Shown here in pieces: positions 49,801 through 59,666 of a stretch of 64,000 nt of DNA. The notes beneath the pieces were generated by a model. That model ran no database searches. It was not told where the DNA came from and worked only from the letters and a program-made list of their open reading frames with translations. The position numbers and the translations under genes are program-made. Source of the DNA: Nannocystales bacterium (lineage in GTDB: Bacteria; Myxococcota_A; Polyangia; Nannocystales; Nannocystaceae); NCBI GenBank assembly GCA_050633305.1, contig JBOEGF010000026.1, forward strand, positions 1 through 64,000, written 5' to 3'. How positions within the stretch are numbered: the stretch's first letter is position 1; every line of letters starts with the position of its first letter.

Positions 49801-50583
49801 GTCGGAGAACATCTCCACGAAGCCCGGCAAGAGGTCGCATTTGGTGAACATCATGTAGACCGGGACGACAACGCCCAGCCGGTCTTGAAGCTCATCGATG
49901 CGGGCCCGAATCTCGCGCGCCAAGGTGGCGATCTCTTCGGGGTGCGCTTCGGCGATGTCGGCCACGCTGACCGCCGCGATCACGCCGTTGATCGGACGCC
50001 GCGTCCGGTACTTTCGAAGCAGATCCAAGAACGCGAACCACTCGTCGCGGTCGGTGTTCTCGGTCGTGTAACGCCCTGCGGTGTCCAGGATGACGGCTTC
50101 GGACGTCATCCACCACTCGCAGTTCCGGGTACCGCCCACGCCTTGAACGCTCACCCCGCCCCGGTTGCTGGAGAAGGGGAACTTCAGGCCCGAGTTGCGC
50201 AGCGCGGTGCTCTTGCCGACGCCGGGTGGCCCAACGATGACGTACCAGGGCAGGGAGTACAGCGCGCTGGAGGCTCCGCGAGCGCCCAAGCGAGACGACT
50301 TCAGCGCACCGATCGCCCGCGCGAACTCTTCTTGCATCGAGCGGATGTCGGCCTCGAGGTCGGGGCGGGCCGAGCGTGCCTGGTCTTCGGCCTGGGCTCG
50401 CAGTGCGCGCTCGATCTCCTTGCTGGCTTTTCGACTTCGCGCAAAACGAATGCCCAGCACCGTCGCGATGACCAGCGTGGTGATCGCCGTGACGATGCCC
50501 GCGTAGTAGTAGGGCAGCTCGAAGTACGCGACACCGGCCCAGGTCGCCGCGAGGAAGAGCGTGATGAAGACGCCTTTGAGCAT
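46864..50583 (-). CDS. tssM: Type VI secretion membrane subunit TssM (IcmF)
   Basis: LY.LPWY..VGPPGVGKST (Walker A), GTRNCEWW, DTAGRY, PINGV, TKCDLL.GF, RGVY.TSGTQEG, MG.YQG, YPF, G.WGL..L. Confidence 0.95.
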   Translation of the reverse strand: MLKGVFITLFLAATWAGVAYFELPYYYAGIVTAITTLVIATVLGIRFARSRKASKEIERALRAQAEDQARSARPDLEADIRSMQEEFARAIGALKSSRLGARGASSALYSLPWYVIVGPPGVGKSTALRNSGLKFPFSSNRGGVSVQGVGGTRNCEWWMTSEAVILDTAGRYTTENTDRDEWFAFLDLLRKYRTRRPINGVIAAVSVADIAEAHPEEIATLAREIRARIDELQDRLGVVVPVYMMFTKCDLLPGFVEMFSDLSEVERHQMWGFTLKVSDQLSIADQCSEHLDELSSLLEKRTLRRLAEERSMARRERLHELPQYFASLREPIARFMHEMTEPNIYHETPILRGVYMTSGTQEGRPLGRIMSAISEAFGLRPTIGGATVAPVDAKSYFLGEIFRRVIFPDYALVRHNRRRTRKLRIGGTIAGAVALVAAIATVVLPLMSYRHNRDVLGQGGTSLAYVEQHLAEDSGDVIPMERIEPLRRMVDMLQTYDEDGPPWSMRMGMYQGGRMYPRLRDVFIDTVRRELHIPVAGRELEALDRFVQRYKMNDKTPSLEEYEDNFARLRMYLLTSGPPEASEPGLDEEEAAWLTDHLGNLWEAPILLSGEPTSRESIDKVASTYLRLLASRPDLAFPRDEDVVQLARDVLSRVDRTEAITNHIVDSVTGPALTLTSMFQVPAVTNDGKKIRPAFTRKGFKNQVQPLFKTGIEAFLDPTWVLAQGVGLAEELEEQEVIAIQSEYYRLYMHEWRTFIEAVNVQTPGGKGYTDTLELLRDLTRKDPYPRLFQYVAHHTTLFDPAELAAGGAPGEGNDPLKTALQSAGKRVATQKGQKLVTSSGAGKLGLSTQLIDIAADNAMKRQAVADPNDVAVASEYTVYQYFKPLTDFAVAEPAPPAVDGAPPPPPTVKPLDEYQEQLRYVRDAMEAELADPDAKDNTTEKIKKARSKTKSLLSAETSNIWAPTLERLLLPPIDLSGSTAKTKVAAGVMGKWCSEVHADFGDTLAQGYPFNPKGEPVALDDLTDFYHPKTGSLWDFYEKVLEPAIPRRGKKFVLAPRGTSSSTFHGTTVDFLNASEQISKSMFPRGSDEPLVEFEVTIKGSPAITKANFTIDGETVTYRTGPLTPHEMQWPGEKSPGATLEVFGFSTKDSLEFRGEWGLMQLLEQGKVVRGKPGTRKFKAVWDFSGAKLGTLEIIFEARSVHTPFFGLGGSSKFMSIFRTGAVRPPRSIIARGTPCRR

Positions 50584-51308
50584 TAGGGGCTGCCTTCCTT
50601 GCCGTTTTTCGAAGCGGTGGCCGCGGCCGGGTCACCGGCGGAGCGATCCAAGATGCCGCGTCCGCGAGCATCGATGTCGTCGGTCATCCCGTTGAGGGAG
50701 ATCCGCAGTGCGATGATGAAACAAACGGAGAACAGCAGCGCGAACAGCCCGATCCACAGGACGAGAAAGTCCATGCTTCTGGACTGCATGCTCTCCCGGC
50801 GTGGCAGGTGGCTGCGCGAGACCGGCTCGGCGTTGAGGAGCCGACCCAGCGCATCTCGGACCCGACGCCGGATCAGGTCGAGCTCGAGCTCGCCGCCTCG
50901 AACCGCGTATCGGCCTTCGAATCCGAAGCTCAGCACCATGTGGTAGACCGACAGGACTTCGACGCGGCTTGGGTCGTGCAGGATCCGGTTGAGCCGCTCG
51001 AAGAAGCCGTCTCCAGCCACGTTCTCCCCGAAGTAGCGCAGCTGCAGTGGGCGTTGGGCCCAGTGGTCTCGCAGGGGGCCCGGCTTCATCTGCGCGAGCT
51101 CGTCGGCGTGGGCGACGATGGCGTACATGATGTCGGCCAAGTCGCTCTCGGCCATCCGGGTGCTCTTGCCGCGCTCGATCGCCTCGTCGACGTAGGCTTG
51201 GAGCCGCTGATAGACGTGTTCGGGTCGTGCACCCGCACCTTGACCGACGCTCCTCAATTGAATGAGGGCGTTGAAACAGTCCTTGGTGACCTCATTGATA
51301 CGGTTCAC
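50583..51308 (-). CDS. tssL: Type VI secretion membrane subunit TssL (DotU), no OmpA domain
   Basis: YA..A.ADE, W...PLQL.YFGEN.AGDGFF..L, Y...L..GFEGRY, C-terminal TM. Stop overlaps the tssM start (TAATG). Start set at GTG 51308. Confidence 0.93.
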   Translation of the reverse strand: MNRINEVTKDCFNALIQLRSVGQGAGARPEHVYQRLQAYVDEAIERGKSTRMAESDLADIMYAIVAHADELAQMKPGPLRDHWAQRPLQLRYFGENVAGDGFFERLNRILHDPSRVEVLSVYHMVLSFGFEGRYAVRGGELELDLIRRRVRDALGRLLNAEPVSRSHLPRRESMQSRSMDFLVLWIGLFALLFSVCFIIALRISLNGMTDDIDARGRGILDRSAGDPAAATASKNGKEGSP

Positions 51309-51501
51309 TGCCGGTTCCCGAGTGTCCCACACCCATCCTCGCCCCGAAACCCGGCGCATTGCGCGGGTTGGGCCCGAGACCCCTGTACAGCGGTGCACGC
51401 ACGCGCTCGTTGCGGGGTTTCCCTCCGCTGAAACGAGCTGGGTTGGGGTTCCACGACACGAGCACGACGTGCCCGTTTAGGGCACTCTTCTGGTCGATCT
51501 G

Positions 51502-53292
51502 ATGCGGGTTCACGTGTTCATCGACAGCGCCGGCGAATCGACGCGTTCGCCGGAGTTCGCGAAGCCCGAGGTCACGCTGGGGCGTCGGCCATCGAACGAC
51601 GTCGTACTGGCCGACGCAGCGGCATCCGGGGGACATGCTCGGGTGTTCGTGACCGGCAGCGCCTTGACGATTCTCGACCTCGACTCGACGAACGGGACCT
51701 TCGTCAATCAGCGACGGCTTCGCGGCCCGCACGTGCTTCAGCCCGACGACGTGGTCGAGATCGGGGACACGAAACTTCGTTTCTCTTTGTCGGGTGTCGA
51801 GTCGACCTCGATCGAGGCGGTCCCCCAAGCCCCCGGGGCCCCAGCCGCTCCGCCGGCTCCGCCGGGCCCCAACGCGGAAGGGGATTGGCCCGCGCCGCCT
51901 CCGATGATGGACGACCTCGCGCCCGGTGGCGCGCGCCCCGAGCCGGTCGCCGTGACCGCGGCCAAGTCTGAGACTCGCGCGGCGGTGTTTCCCCGCCTGG
52001 CCCAGGCGCCCATGCCCAGTCGGCCCCAGCCCGCGGGCCCCCCACCGCAACCTCCGTCGCGACCGCCGAGCGCCCCCATGCCTGCGGCGGTTGCATCGTC
52101 GGCTGGGGGGTTCGAGTTTCAAGACGCCGAGCCGGACGTGTTGATCAGCCGGGTGTTCGAAGCGGTGTGGCGCCGCGTGTCCTCGGCCGTGCTCGCGGGG
52201 GAATCCGGGGTTCGGGCCAAGGTGAGCGGGCTGCTCTCCGCCGCCCTCAAAGCTGCGTCTTCGGTGCGGAGTCTGGGCGACGTTCAGGGGCTCCACGGCC
52301 GTATGTTGGCCGAGATGGTCGGGGATGGACCGATCTCCGGCCTGCTCGAGGGGCAGCCCGAGGAAGTTGTGTTCATCGCTTCAACGCGCGCCCGCGTCAA
52401 TCGCGGTGGGCACGTCTCTGAAGGTCAGAGCCCCTTCTCGTGCGCTCAAGGTCTCAATGCCTGGGTGCGTCGGGCGACGGGCGTCACGCTGTCCTCGTCC
52501 ACGGTCGCTGCGCGCGGCGTGTTCGGCCAATACTCGGTGCACGCGGCGTACGAGCCCAGCGGAAGCATCGTTTCGTTGCGCAAGCGGGTGCCCGCCGGCT
52601 CCGCAACCACCGAAGCCCTGGCTCGGGTTGGTGTGGCCTCGCCGGGGATGCTGGGGCTGCTTTCGGCCAGTGTTGCTTCTCGGATGAGCGTGCTCATCTG
52701 CGCGGGTCCGGGTGCACGCTCAACGTGGCTGATGGCGTCGCTCCTCGGTGGGGGTGCTCCGCACGAACTTCAGGTCGCGTTGCTCAGCCCTGGCTCGGAC
52801 GTGACTCCCTTCCCCGCGACCTCTGTGGTCATGACACGGGTGGGACGCCCCGGGCACTCCCTGGAGGCTGCGCTCAGCCTCGGCCCCGATCGTCTCGCCG
52901 TCGAGGATGTCGAGTCCGGTGAAGCGGGCGCGGTCATGAGCATGGTGTCTCGCTCTTGCAGCCAGCTCATCGGGGTTCGAGCTTCCAACAGCGGTGCCGG
53001 GCTGCATCAGCTCCGCGGGATGCTGGCCGAGACCGCCGACCCCGCCAACGTCGCGAGCCTGACGATGCGCTCGGTGTCCCTTGTGGTCACCCTTCAGCAC
53101 TTCTCCGACAGCGTCGACCGCATCACCCAGATCTCCGAGCCGACGCTCGACGACTCAGGACGCCTCGGCGTCCAGGATGTGTTCACGTTGGTGCCCGGCA
53201 GCCGCACCTGGCAGTTCACTGGAGCTCGGCCCCGGTGTTACGAAGACATCGTCCAGCGCGGCTTTCCCCTCGACCCCTCCATCTTCGCCTAA
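51502..53292 (+). CDS. FHA domain fused to a degenerate TadA/CpaF (VirB11-like) ATPase
   Basis: FHA motifs GR, S..HA, DL.STNGT.VN; Pro-rich linker; CpaF-like EMVGDGPI..LL, SLRK, VLIC.G.G, AL.L.PDRL.V, RI.QISE, QDVF, FTG.RP. Walker A Lys is absent. Confidence 0.8.
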   Translation: MRVHVFIDSAGESTRSPEFAKPEVTLGRRPSNDVVLADAAASGGHARVFVTGSALTILDLDSTNGTFVNQRRLRGPHVLQPDDVVEIGDTKLRFSLSGVESTSIEAVPQAPGAPAAPPAPPGPNAEGDWPAPPPMMDDLAPGGARPEPVAVTAAKSETRAAVFPRLAQAPMPSRPQPAGPPPQPPSRPPSAPMPAAVASSAGGFEFQDAEPDVLISRVFEAVWRRVSSAVLAGESGVRAKVSGLLSAALKAASSVRSLGDVQGLHGRMLAEMVGDGPISGLLEGQPEEVVFIASTRARVNRGGHVSEGQSPFSCAQGLNAWVRRATGVTLSSSTVAARGVFGQYSVHAAYEPSGSIVSLRKRVPAGSATTEALARVGVASPGMLGLLSASVASRMSVLICAGPGARSTWLMASLLGGGAPHELQVALLSPGSDVTPFPATSVVMTRVGRPGHSLEAALSLGPDRLAVEDVESGEAGAVMSMVSRSCSQLIGVRASNSGAGLHQLRGMLAETADPANVASLTMRSVSLVVTLQHFSDSVDRITQISEPTLDDSGRLGVQDVFTLVPGSRTWQFTGARPRCYEDIVQRGFPLDPSIFA

Positions 53293-53309
53293 CCCCCGCT
53301 TGAACCCTC

Positions 53310-54107
53310 ATGGGCGCACGCTCTCATCACCTCGTTAGCCTCGTCTCCTTGGGATTGCTCGTCGCCACGAGCAGCGGATGCAAGGAGGAGGAACCAACCT
53401 GCAAGCCCGACAGCGTCGAGTGGGGGATCTCGCTCGTCATCGGGGCCAGTGACCGCGTCAACCCCAACGACGAAGGCGAGTCGCTGCCGACGATGGTCCG
53501 CGTCTATCAGCTTCGAGGGGAACTCGCGGCGGAAGACGTGGACTCGTCTCAGCTTTGGGCCTCGGAGAAGGCCGAAGAACTCGGAGAAGACTTCCTCTCC
53601 GTCGACGAGCTGATCCTCGCTCCGGAGGCCGACGACAACCGGACCATCGCGCTCAAGGAAGACGCGACCCACTTGATGGCAGCGGGCTTGTTTCGAGAGA
53701 GTGTCGGCACCAGCTGGTACACGCTCTACGAAATCCCGCGGCGACACCCGGAGAACGTCTGCGCTCGGGATCCGGTGGGCAAGAACATCCCCGACCCGTG
53801 TTTTTTTGTGTTCCTCGATCGCAGCGAGGTGAGCGGCGGGGAGATGCCTCCGTCAGGATTCCGGGCGGATGGCGCCTCTTGTGCTCCGCTGGGTCCGCCC
53901 CCGAAGCCCGAGCCCAAGCGGCGCAAGCTCCGGGATCGGAAGAAGCTCGAGGAGGACCTCGAAGATCCGTTGCGGACCAAGGAGATCGACGAGAAGACCC
54001 CGAAGAAGCCGGGGGTCCCCAGTGGCCCACAGACGCCATCGCGTCCCAGTACACCGTCCAAGGGCGACCTCCCCAGCGCCCCGAGCCGTCCAGGCATGAA
54101 TCCGTGA
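53310..54107 (+). CDS. tssJ: Type VI secretion lipoprotein TssJ
   Basis: Lipobox SSGC, VNPNDEGESLPTMVRVYQL, E..L.P, AGLFRE....W; Cys-containing and Pro/Lys-rich tail. Confidence 0.88.
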   Translation: MGARSHHLVSLVSLGLLVATSSGCKEEEPTCKPDSVEWGISLVIGASDRVNPNDEGESLPTMVRVYQLRGELAAEDVDSSQLWASEKAEELGEDFLSVDELILAPEADDNRTIALKEDATHLMAAGLFRESVGTSWYTLYEIPRRHPENVCARDPVGKNIPDPCFFVFLDRSEVSGGEMPPSGFRADGASCAPLGPPPKPEPKRRKLRDRKKLEEDLEDPLRTKEIDEKTPKKPGVPSGPQTPSRPSTPSKGDLPSAPSRPGMNP

Positions 54108-54120
54108 ACCGGAGGCGAGT

Positions 54121-55446
54121 GTGAGGCACGTTCGCATCACGGTCCGGTCAACCTCCACCGGCGACACCACCGACTACCAGTTCTCGAACTCCCCGGTCCG
54201 GATCGGTCGGAACCGACTCAACGACTTGGCGCTGCCGTACCCGTTCGTTTCGGGCTGGCACGCGGTCATCAGGTTTGACGACGCCAAGGCGCGTTTCTTC
54301 GACTTGGGGTCGACCAACGGCTCTCTGTACGGGGGGCAACGGGTGGAGGTGGGGCAGTCGGTTCCCATCGAGCCTCAGGCCACGGTGGTCCTCGGCGACC
54401 TCGAGTTGCTGATGTCGCACGGCGCGACCACGGTCATCCCAACGCACGCACCCTCGGGCGGGACGCAGCCCAGTGGTGTCCCTGTGCAAGCGCCGGGCAC
54501 TTGGATGCAGGCTCCGGACACCTCCGAGTCGGCGGCCGCGGGCGAGATCGATCCCAACGCGACGGCCGAGCCGCAGGACAGGCCCGCGCTCAACGCCCAT
54601 CAGACCGCACACGTTCCGATGCGGCAGATCCATGGCGCCCTGGCGGCCCTGCGTCCGCACCATGAATCTGTTCGAAACGCGCGGGTGCTGTTTGAGCAAG
54701 AGCTCCGCAGTCAACTTGCTGCGCTGCCCAACTATGCACGGGAGCAAGCGGAGGAGTTCATCCGACGCGAGTTCGCTCGCTCCTCGCCATCCGATGGGTT
54801 CGAGTCCGCGTCCTCGCCGTTTCGGGGCGGCTACGGGTCGGTGACCGAGTTCGCCGAGGAGATTCTCCCCGAGGTTCCGCCCCCCACCACCGAGCGGGAG
54901 ATGCAGCAGTTCCTGCATCGGGTACGAGACGTCCTCGAAACCTGCGCAAAGGGCTTGGTCGAGCTCCAACGCGGGCAGGAACAGTTCGGTCGCGAGATGG
55001 GGGTCAAGGCGATCAAGGAGTTCACGCCGCTGCATGTCGCCCAGACTTCAGCCGAGATGCTCGGGCACCTGCTCGACTTCCGGCACTCCGGACCGGAGCG
55101 CGTCGCTCAGCTCTCGGGACTCTTCGCTGACACCATGATCCACCAAGTTGCCCTGCTCAACGGGGTTGCCGAGGGGGGACGCGCGCTGCTGGCCCGCCTC
55201 GACCCCGATGAGATCGAACGGACGGTTCGAGGGTGGGGCAACCAGACGTCGAAGAAGTGGGAGCAGTTTGTGACCCTGTATCGAAGCGTGATGGCCGACG
55301 ACCGAGTGATGACCGAGATGCTCTTCGGTCCCGAGTTTGCCAAGGCCTATGCCGAGGTCGGGGGCGAGCAGTCCGCACCCGCTCAGTCCGCCTCCGAGCC
55401 CCACGCTCCCCAGCCCAATGACCCACCACAAGAACCCCATGCCTGA
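54121..55446 (+). CDS. tagH: Type VI secretion-associated FHA protein TagH/Fha
   Basis: FHA (IGR..., VSGWHA, DLGSTNG); C-terminal D...HQVALL.G...G.RALL.RLDP..IE...W..F...Y...FG.EF..AY. Confidence 0.88.
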   Translation: MRHVRITVRSTSTGDTTDYQFSNSPVRIGRNRLNDLALPYPFVSGWHAVIRFDDAKARFFDLGSTNGSLYGGQRVEVGQSVPIEPQATVVLGDLELLMSHGATTVIPTHAPSGGTQPSGVPVQAPGTWMQAPDTSESAAAGEIDPNATAEPQDRPALNAHQTAHVPMRQIHGALAALRPHHESVRNARVLFEQELRSQLAALPNYAREQAEEFIRREFARSSPSDGFESASSPFRGGYGSVTEFAEEILPEVPPPTTEREMQQFLHRVRDVLETCAKGLVELQRGQEQFGREMGVKAIKEFTPLHVAQTSAEMLGHLLDFRHSGPERVAQLSGLFADTMIHQVALLNGVAEGGRALLARLDPDEIERTVRGWGNQTSKKWEQFVTLYRSVMADDRVMTEMLFGPEFAKAYAEVGGEQSAPAQSASEPHAPQPNDPPQEPHA

Positions 55447-56410
55447 GTCGGCTTCCTTCGTTCGTCGTGTCTCGTTGGTGTTGACCGCAGCGCTGTTGAT
55501 CGGCGCGGCGGCGTCGGCTGGCTGCAAGCCCAAGCGGACGCGGGTGCCAGCGCTATGCTCCTTTGACGGCCTCAGCGAAGAAGAACGCGAGGGACAAGCG
55601 CTCTCCCCGATCACGTGGCTGACCCTCACTTCGCCCTCCGTCGATCGGCAAGCGATGCGTCGAGCAGGCCCGATGATGAACGCGTGCGGCCAAGTCATCC
55701 CACCTGCGTTCTCCGAGAGTTTCGAGTGCCCGGGCTTCGAGCCCACCGGGGAGCTTGTCTCCACCGACGTCGTCGAGGAGACCGACCTCATCATGGACTC
55801 CGCTGGGGAGGACCGTACGGTCCTGTGGGCGGCGACCGATGAGCTGACCTCGGGGGAGGTCGAAGGGGCGGCCGCCCTCGCGCTTTGGACGGACGAAGCC
55901 GTCGAGGTCCACGCCGTGGGCATGTTGCGTGGCTATCGGCATGGTGCCCGAGTTCGTCTTCACTCGATCGGGGCGACTCCGGTGCTGGTATTGCAGAGTG
56001 ACCGCTGCGATGCCGACGGAGCGTGTGTCGGCGTCTCGCAAGTGGTCCCGATCATCAACAAGCGCCTCGCCGAACTCCCGGTGTGGGAGTCTGAGCGCGG
56101 ATGCATCGGGAGAGCCCAGTTCATCCTCGAGAAGCGTGAGACTCGGGACCTCGCGGACGGGACGACGCGGAAGTTTGTGCTCACGCGCAGCCTCGAGTTG
56201 GACGAAGAGGGGGTCTTCGTGACCGACCTCGTTCGCATGGACGACTTCCCCACGGGTGAGCCTGATGCCGAGCCCACGCCCTACCGCAAGGTGTCCGCAC
56301 GCCGTCCGCTGCTGCTCGACGGCGATCGCTTCCTTCTCGAGGATGAAGACCTGTGGGAGCGAGTGCTCGTCGACCACGGACAAGTCGTCGGGACGTCGAA
56401 TCCCGGCTGA
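55439..56410 (+). CDS. Hypothetical lipoprotein, last gene of the tssJ-tagH run
   Basis: ATG overlaps the tagH end; lipobox SAGC; several Cys; beta-rich appearance. Confidence 0.75.
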   Translation: MPESASFVRRVSLVLTAALLIGAAASAGCKPKRTRVPALCSFDGLSEEEREGQALSPITWLTLTSPSVDRQAMRRAGPMMNACGQVIPPAFSESFECPGFEPTGELVSTDVVEETDLIMDSAGEDRTVLWAATDELTSGEVEGAAALALWTDEAVEVHAVGMLRGYRHGARVRLHSIGATPVLVLQSDRCDADGACVGVSQVVPIINKRLAELPVWESERGCIGRAQFILEKRETRDLADGTTRKFVLTRSLELDEEGVFVTDLVRMDDFPTGEPDAEPTPYRKVSARRPLLLDGDRFLLEDEDLWERVLVDHGQVVGTSNPG

Positions 56411-56457
56411 CGGGCGTCCTTCCTCTTCCGCTCTCTTCCGCCGGGGGCGGCGCGCGG

Positions 56458-58668
<2,211 letters not shown>

Positions 58669-58938
58669 CAGGTTGTGGCCCCCCGAAGGTATGGGGAACG
58701 CTTGCGCGTGATGCGCGATGCTGCGATTGCCGCAGAAGCTCCCCAGCTCCCTCCCCCATCTGTGTAGAAGGATGTGGGACAAGCCCGAGGGTTGCAAACT
58801 CGCTGCAAGGATCGAGTCGACACGTGGGCTTGGGTACGGTTCAAGGAGCCAATTCGATCGCCCCGCGCGGTTCCAGCGCCCACTGCGCGAACTCGTAGGG
58901 CCACGCGGGGGGCTGCGGACACTGTTCCTATGCCCCGG

Positions 58939-59550
58939 TCAGTTGCCGGTCGGCCGTTCGACTTTTTCGTTGGTCCGACGCTTGTTGGTCCGCTTCACTT
59001 CCAGGAAGACGGTCTTGGGTCGCTTCTTCTTTTTGCGCTCGAGACGGTAGACCGCGTTCGCATCCGAGAGGGCCTGCAGCTTGCCCGGCTTGAGCTCATG
59101 TCGCTTGATCACACATGAGCGGTACACGCTCGACTTCTCGTAGTCGTCGCGTACGGGCAGGTCGACCAGGCGATAGCGGCCGTCCTCCGTCTGCACAAAG
59201 CCGAAGGCGCACTCGGCATCCCGGCATGAGCGGTCGAAGGCCACCCAAAGCCGACGTGCGCCATTGCGTAGGTCTTCTGCGACGATCAGCCCCACGAGGT
59301 TTCGACCGAGAAGAACCCGCAATCGGCCCTTTCGAGAGTTGTCCTCGATGGTTCGGTCGACGCGCGTCTGGCTGAACTCGTCGCGCTCGTAGACCGGGAT
59401 CGTTCGATTGCTGACGTAGACGCCGAGGTCTTGGAACTTGTCCCGTGCTTTGGCGTCGCGAAGTGCGGCGTCGCCCAGGACGTAGCGAGCGGTGCAGCCC
59501 GGTAGAAGGCTGCACACCGAAACGAACAGGACCGCGACGAGGGCTCTCAC
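58939..59550 (-). CDS. Hypothetical lipoprotein
   Basis: GTG 59550, lipobox LPGC, basic C-terminus. Confidence 0.7.
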   Translation of the reverse strand: MRALVAVLFVSVCSLLPGCTARYVLGDAALRDAKARDKFQDLGVYVSNRTIPVYERDEFSQTRVDRTIEDNSRKGRLRVLLGRNLVGLIVAEDLRNGARRLWVAFDRSCRDAECAFGFVQTEDGRYRLVDLPVRDDYEKSSVYRSCVIKRHELKPGKLQALSDANAVYRLERKKKKRPKTVFLEVKRTNKRRTNEKVERPTGN

Positions 59551-59666
59551 CGAAGAGCGAGGGTTGCGGAAAACCCCGTGCCGGTCAACTCCCCGCAACG
59601 AGGGCTGCCACAGGCCTGCTAAGATTCCGCCGCCGCCGTGCCCGCTCGCACCGCCCCCCAACGCCC

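Noticed and set aside
7598..50586. Many long antisense ORFs (e.g. 7598-8914, 10770-12395, 17240-18949, 19789-21666, 30102-31826, 37539-39251, 44896-46434, 49177-50586)
   Set aside because: They are shadow frames expected from high GC3 codon bias and fully overlap well-supported genes on the other strand.
59595..59610. TGGC-N8-TTGC on the minus strand upstream of the 58939-59550 lipoprotein
   Set aside because: Spacing is one base too long for a sigma54 promoter.
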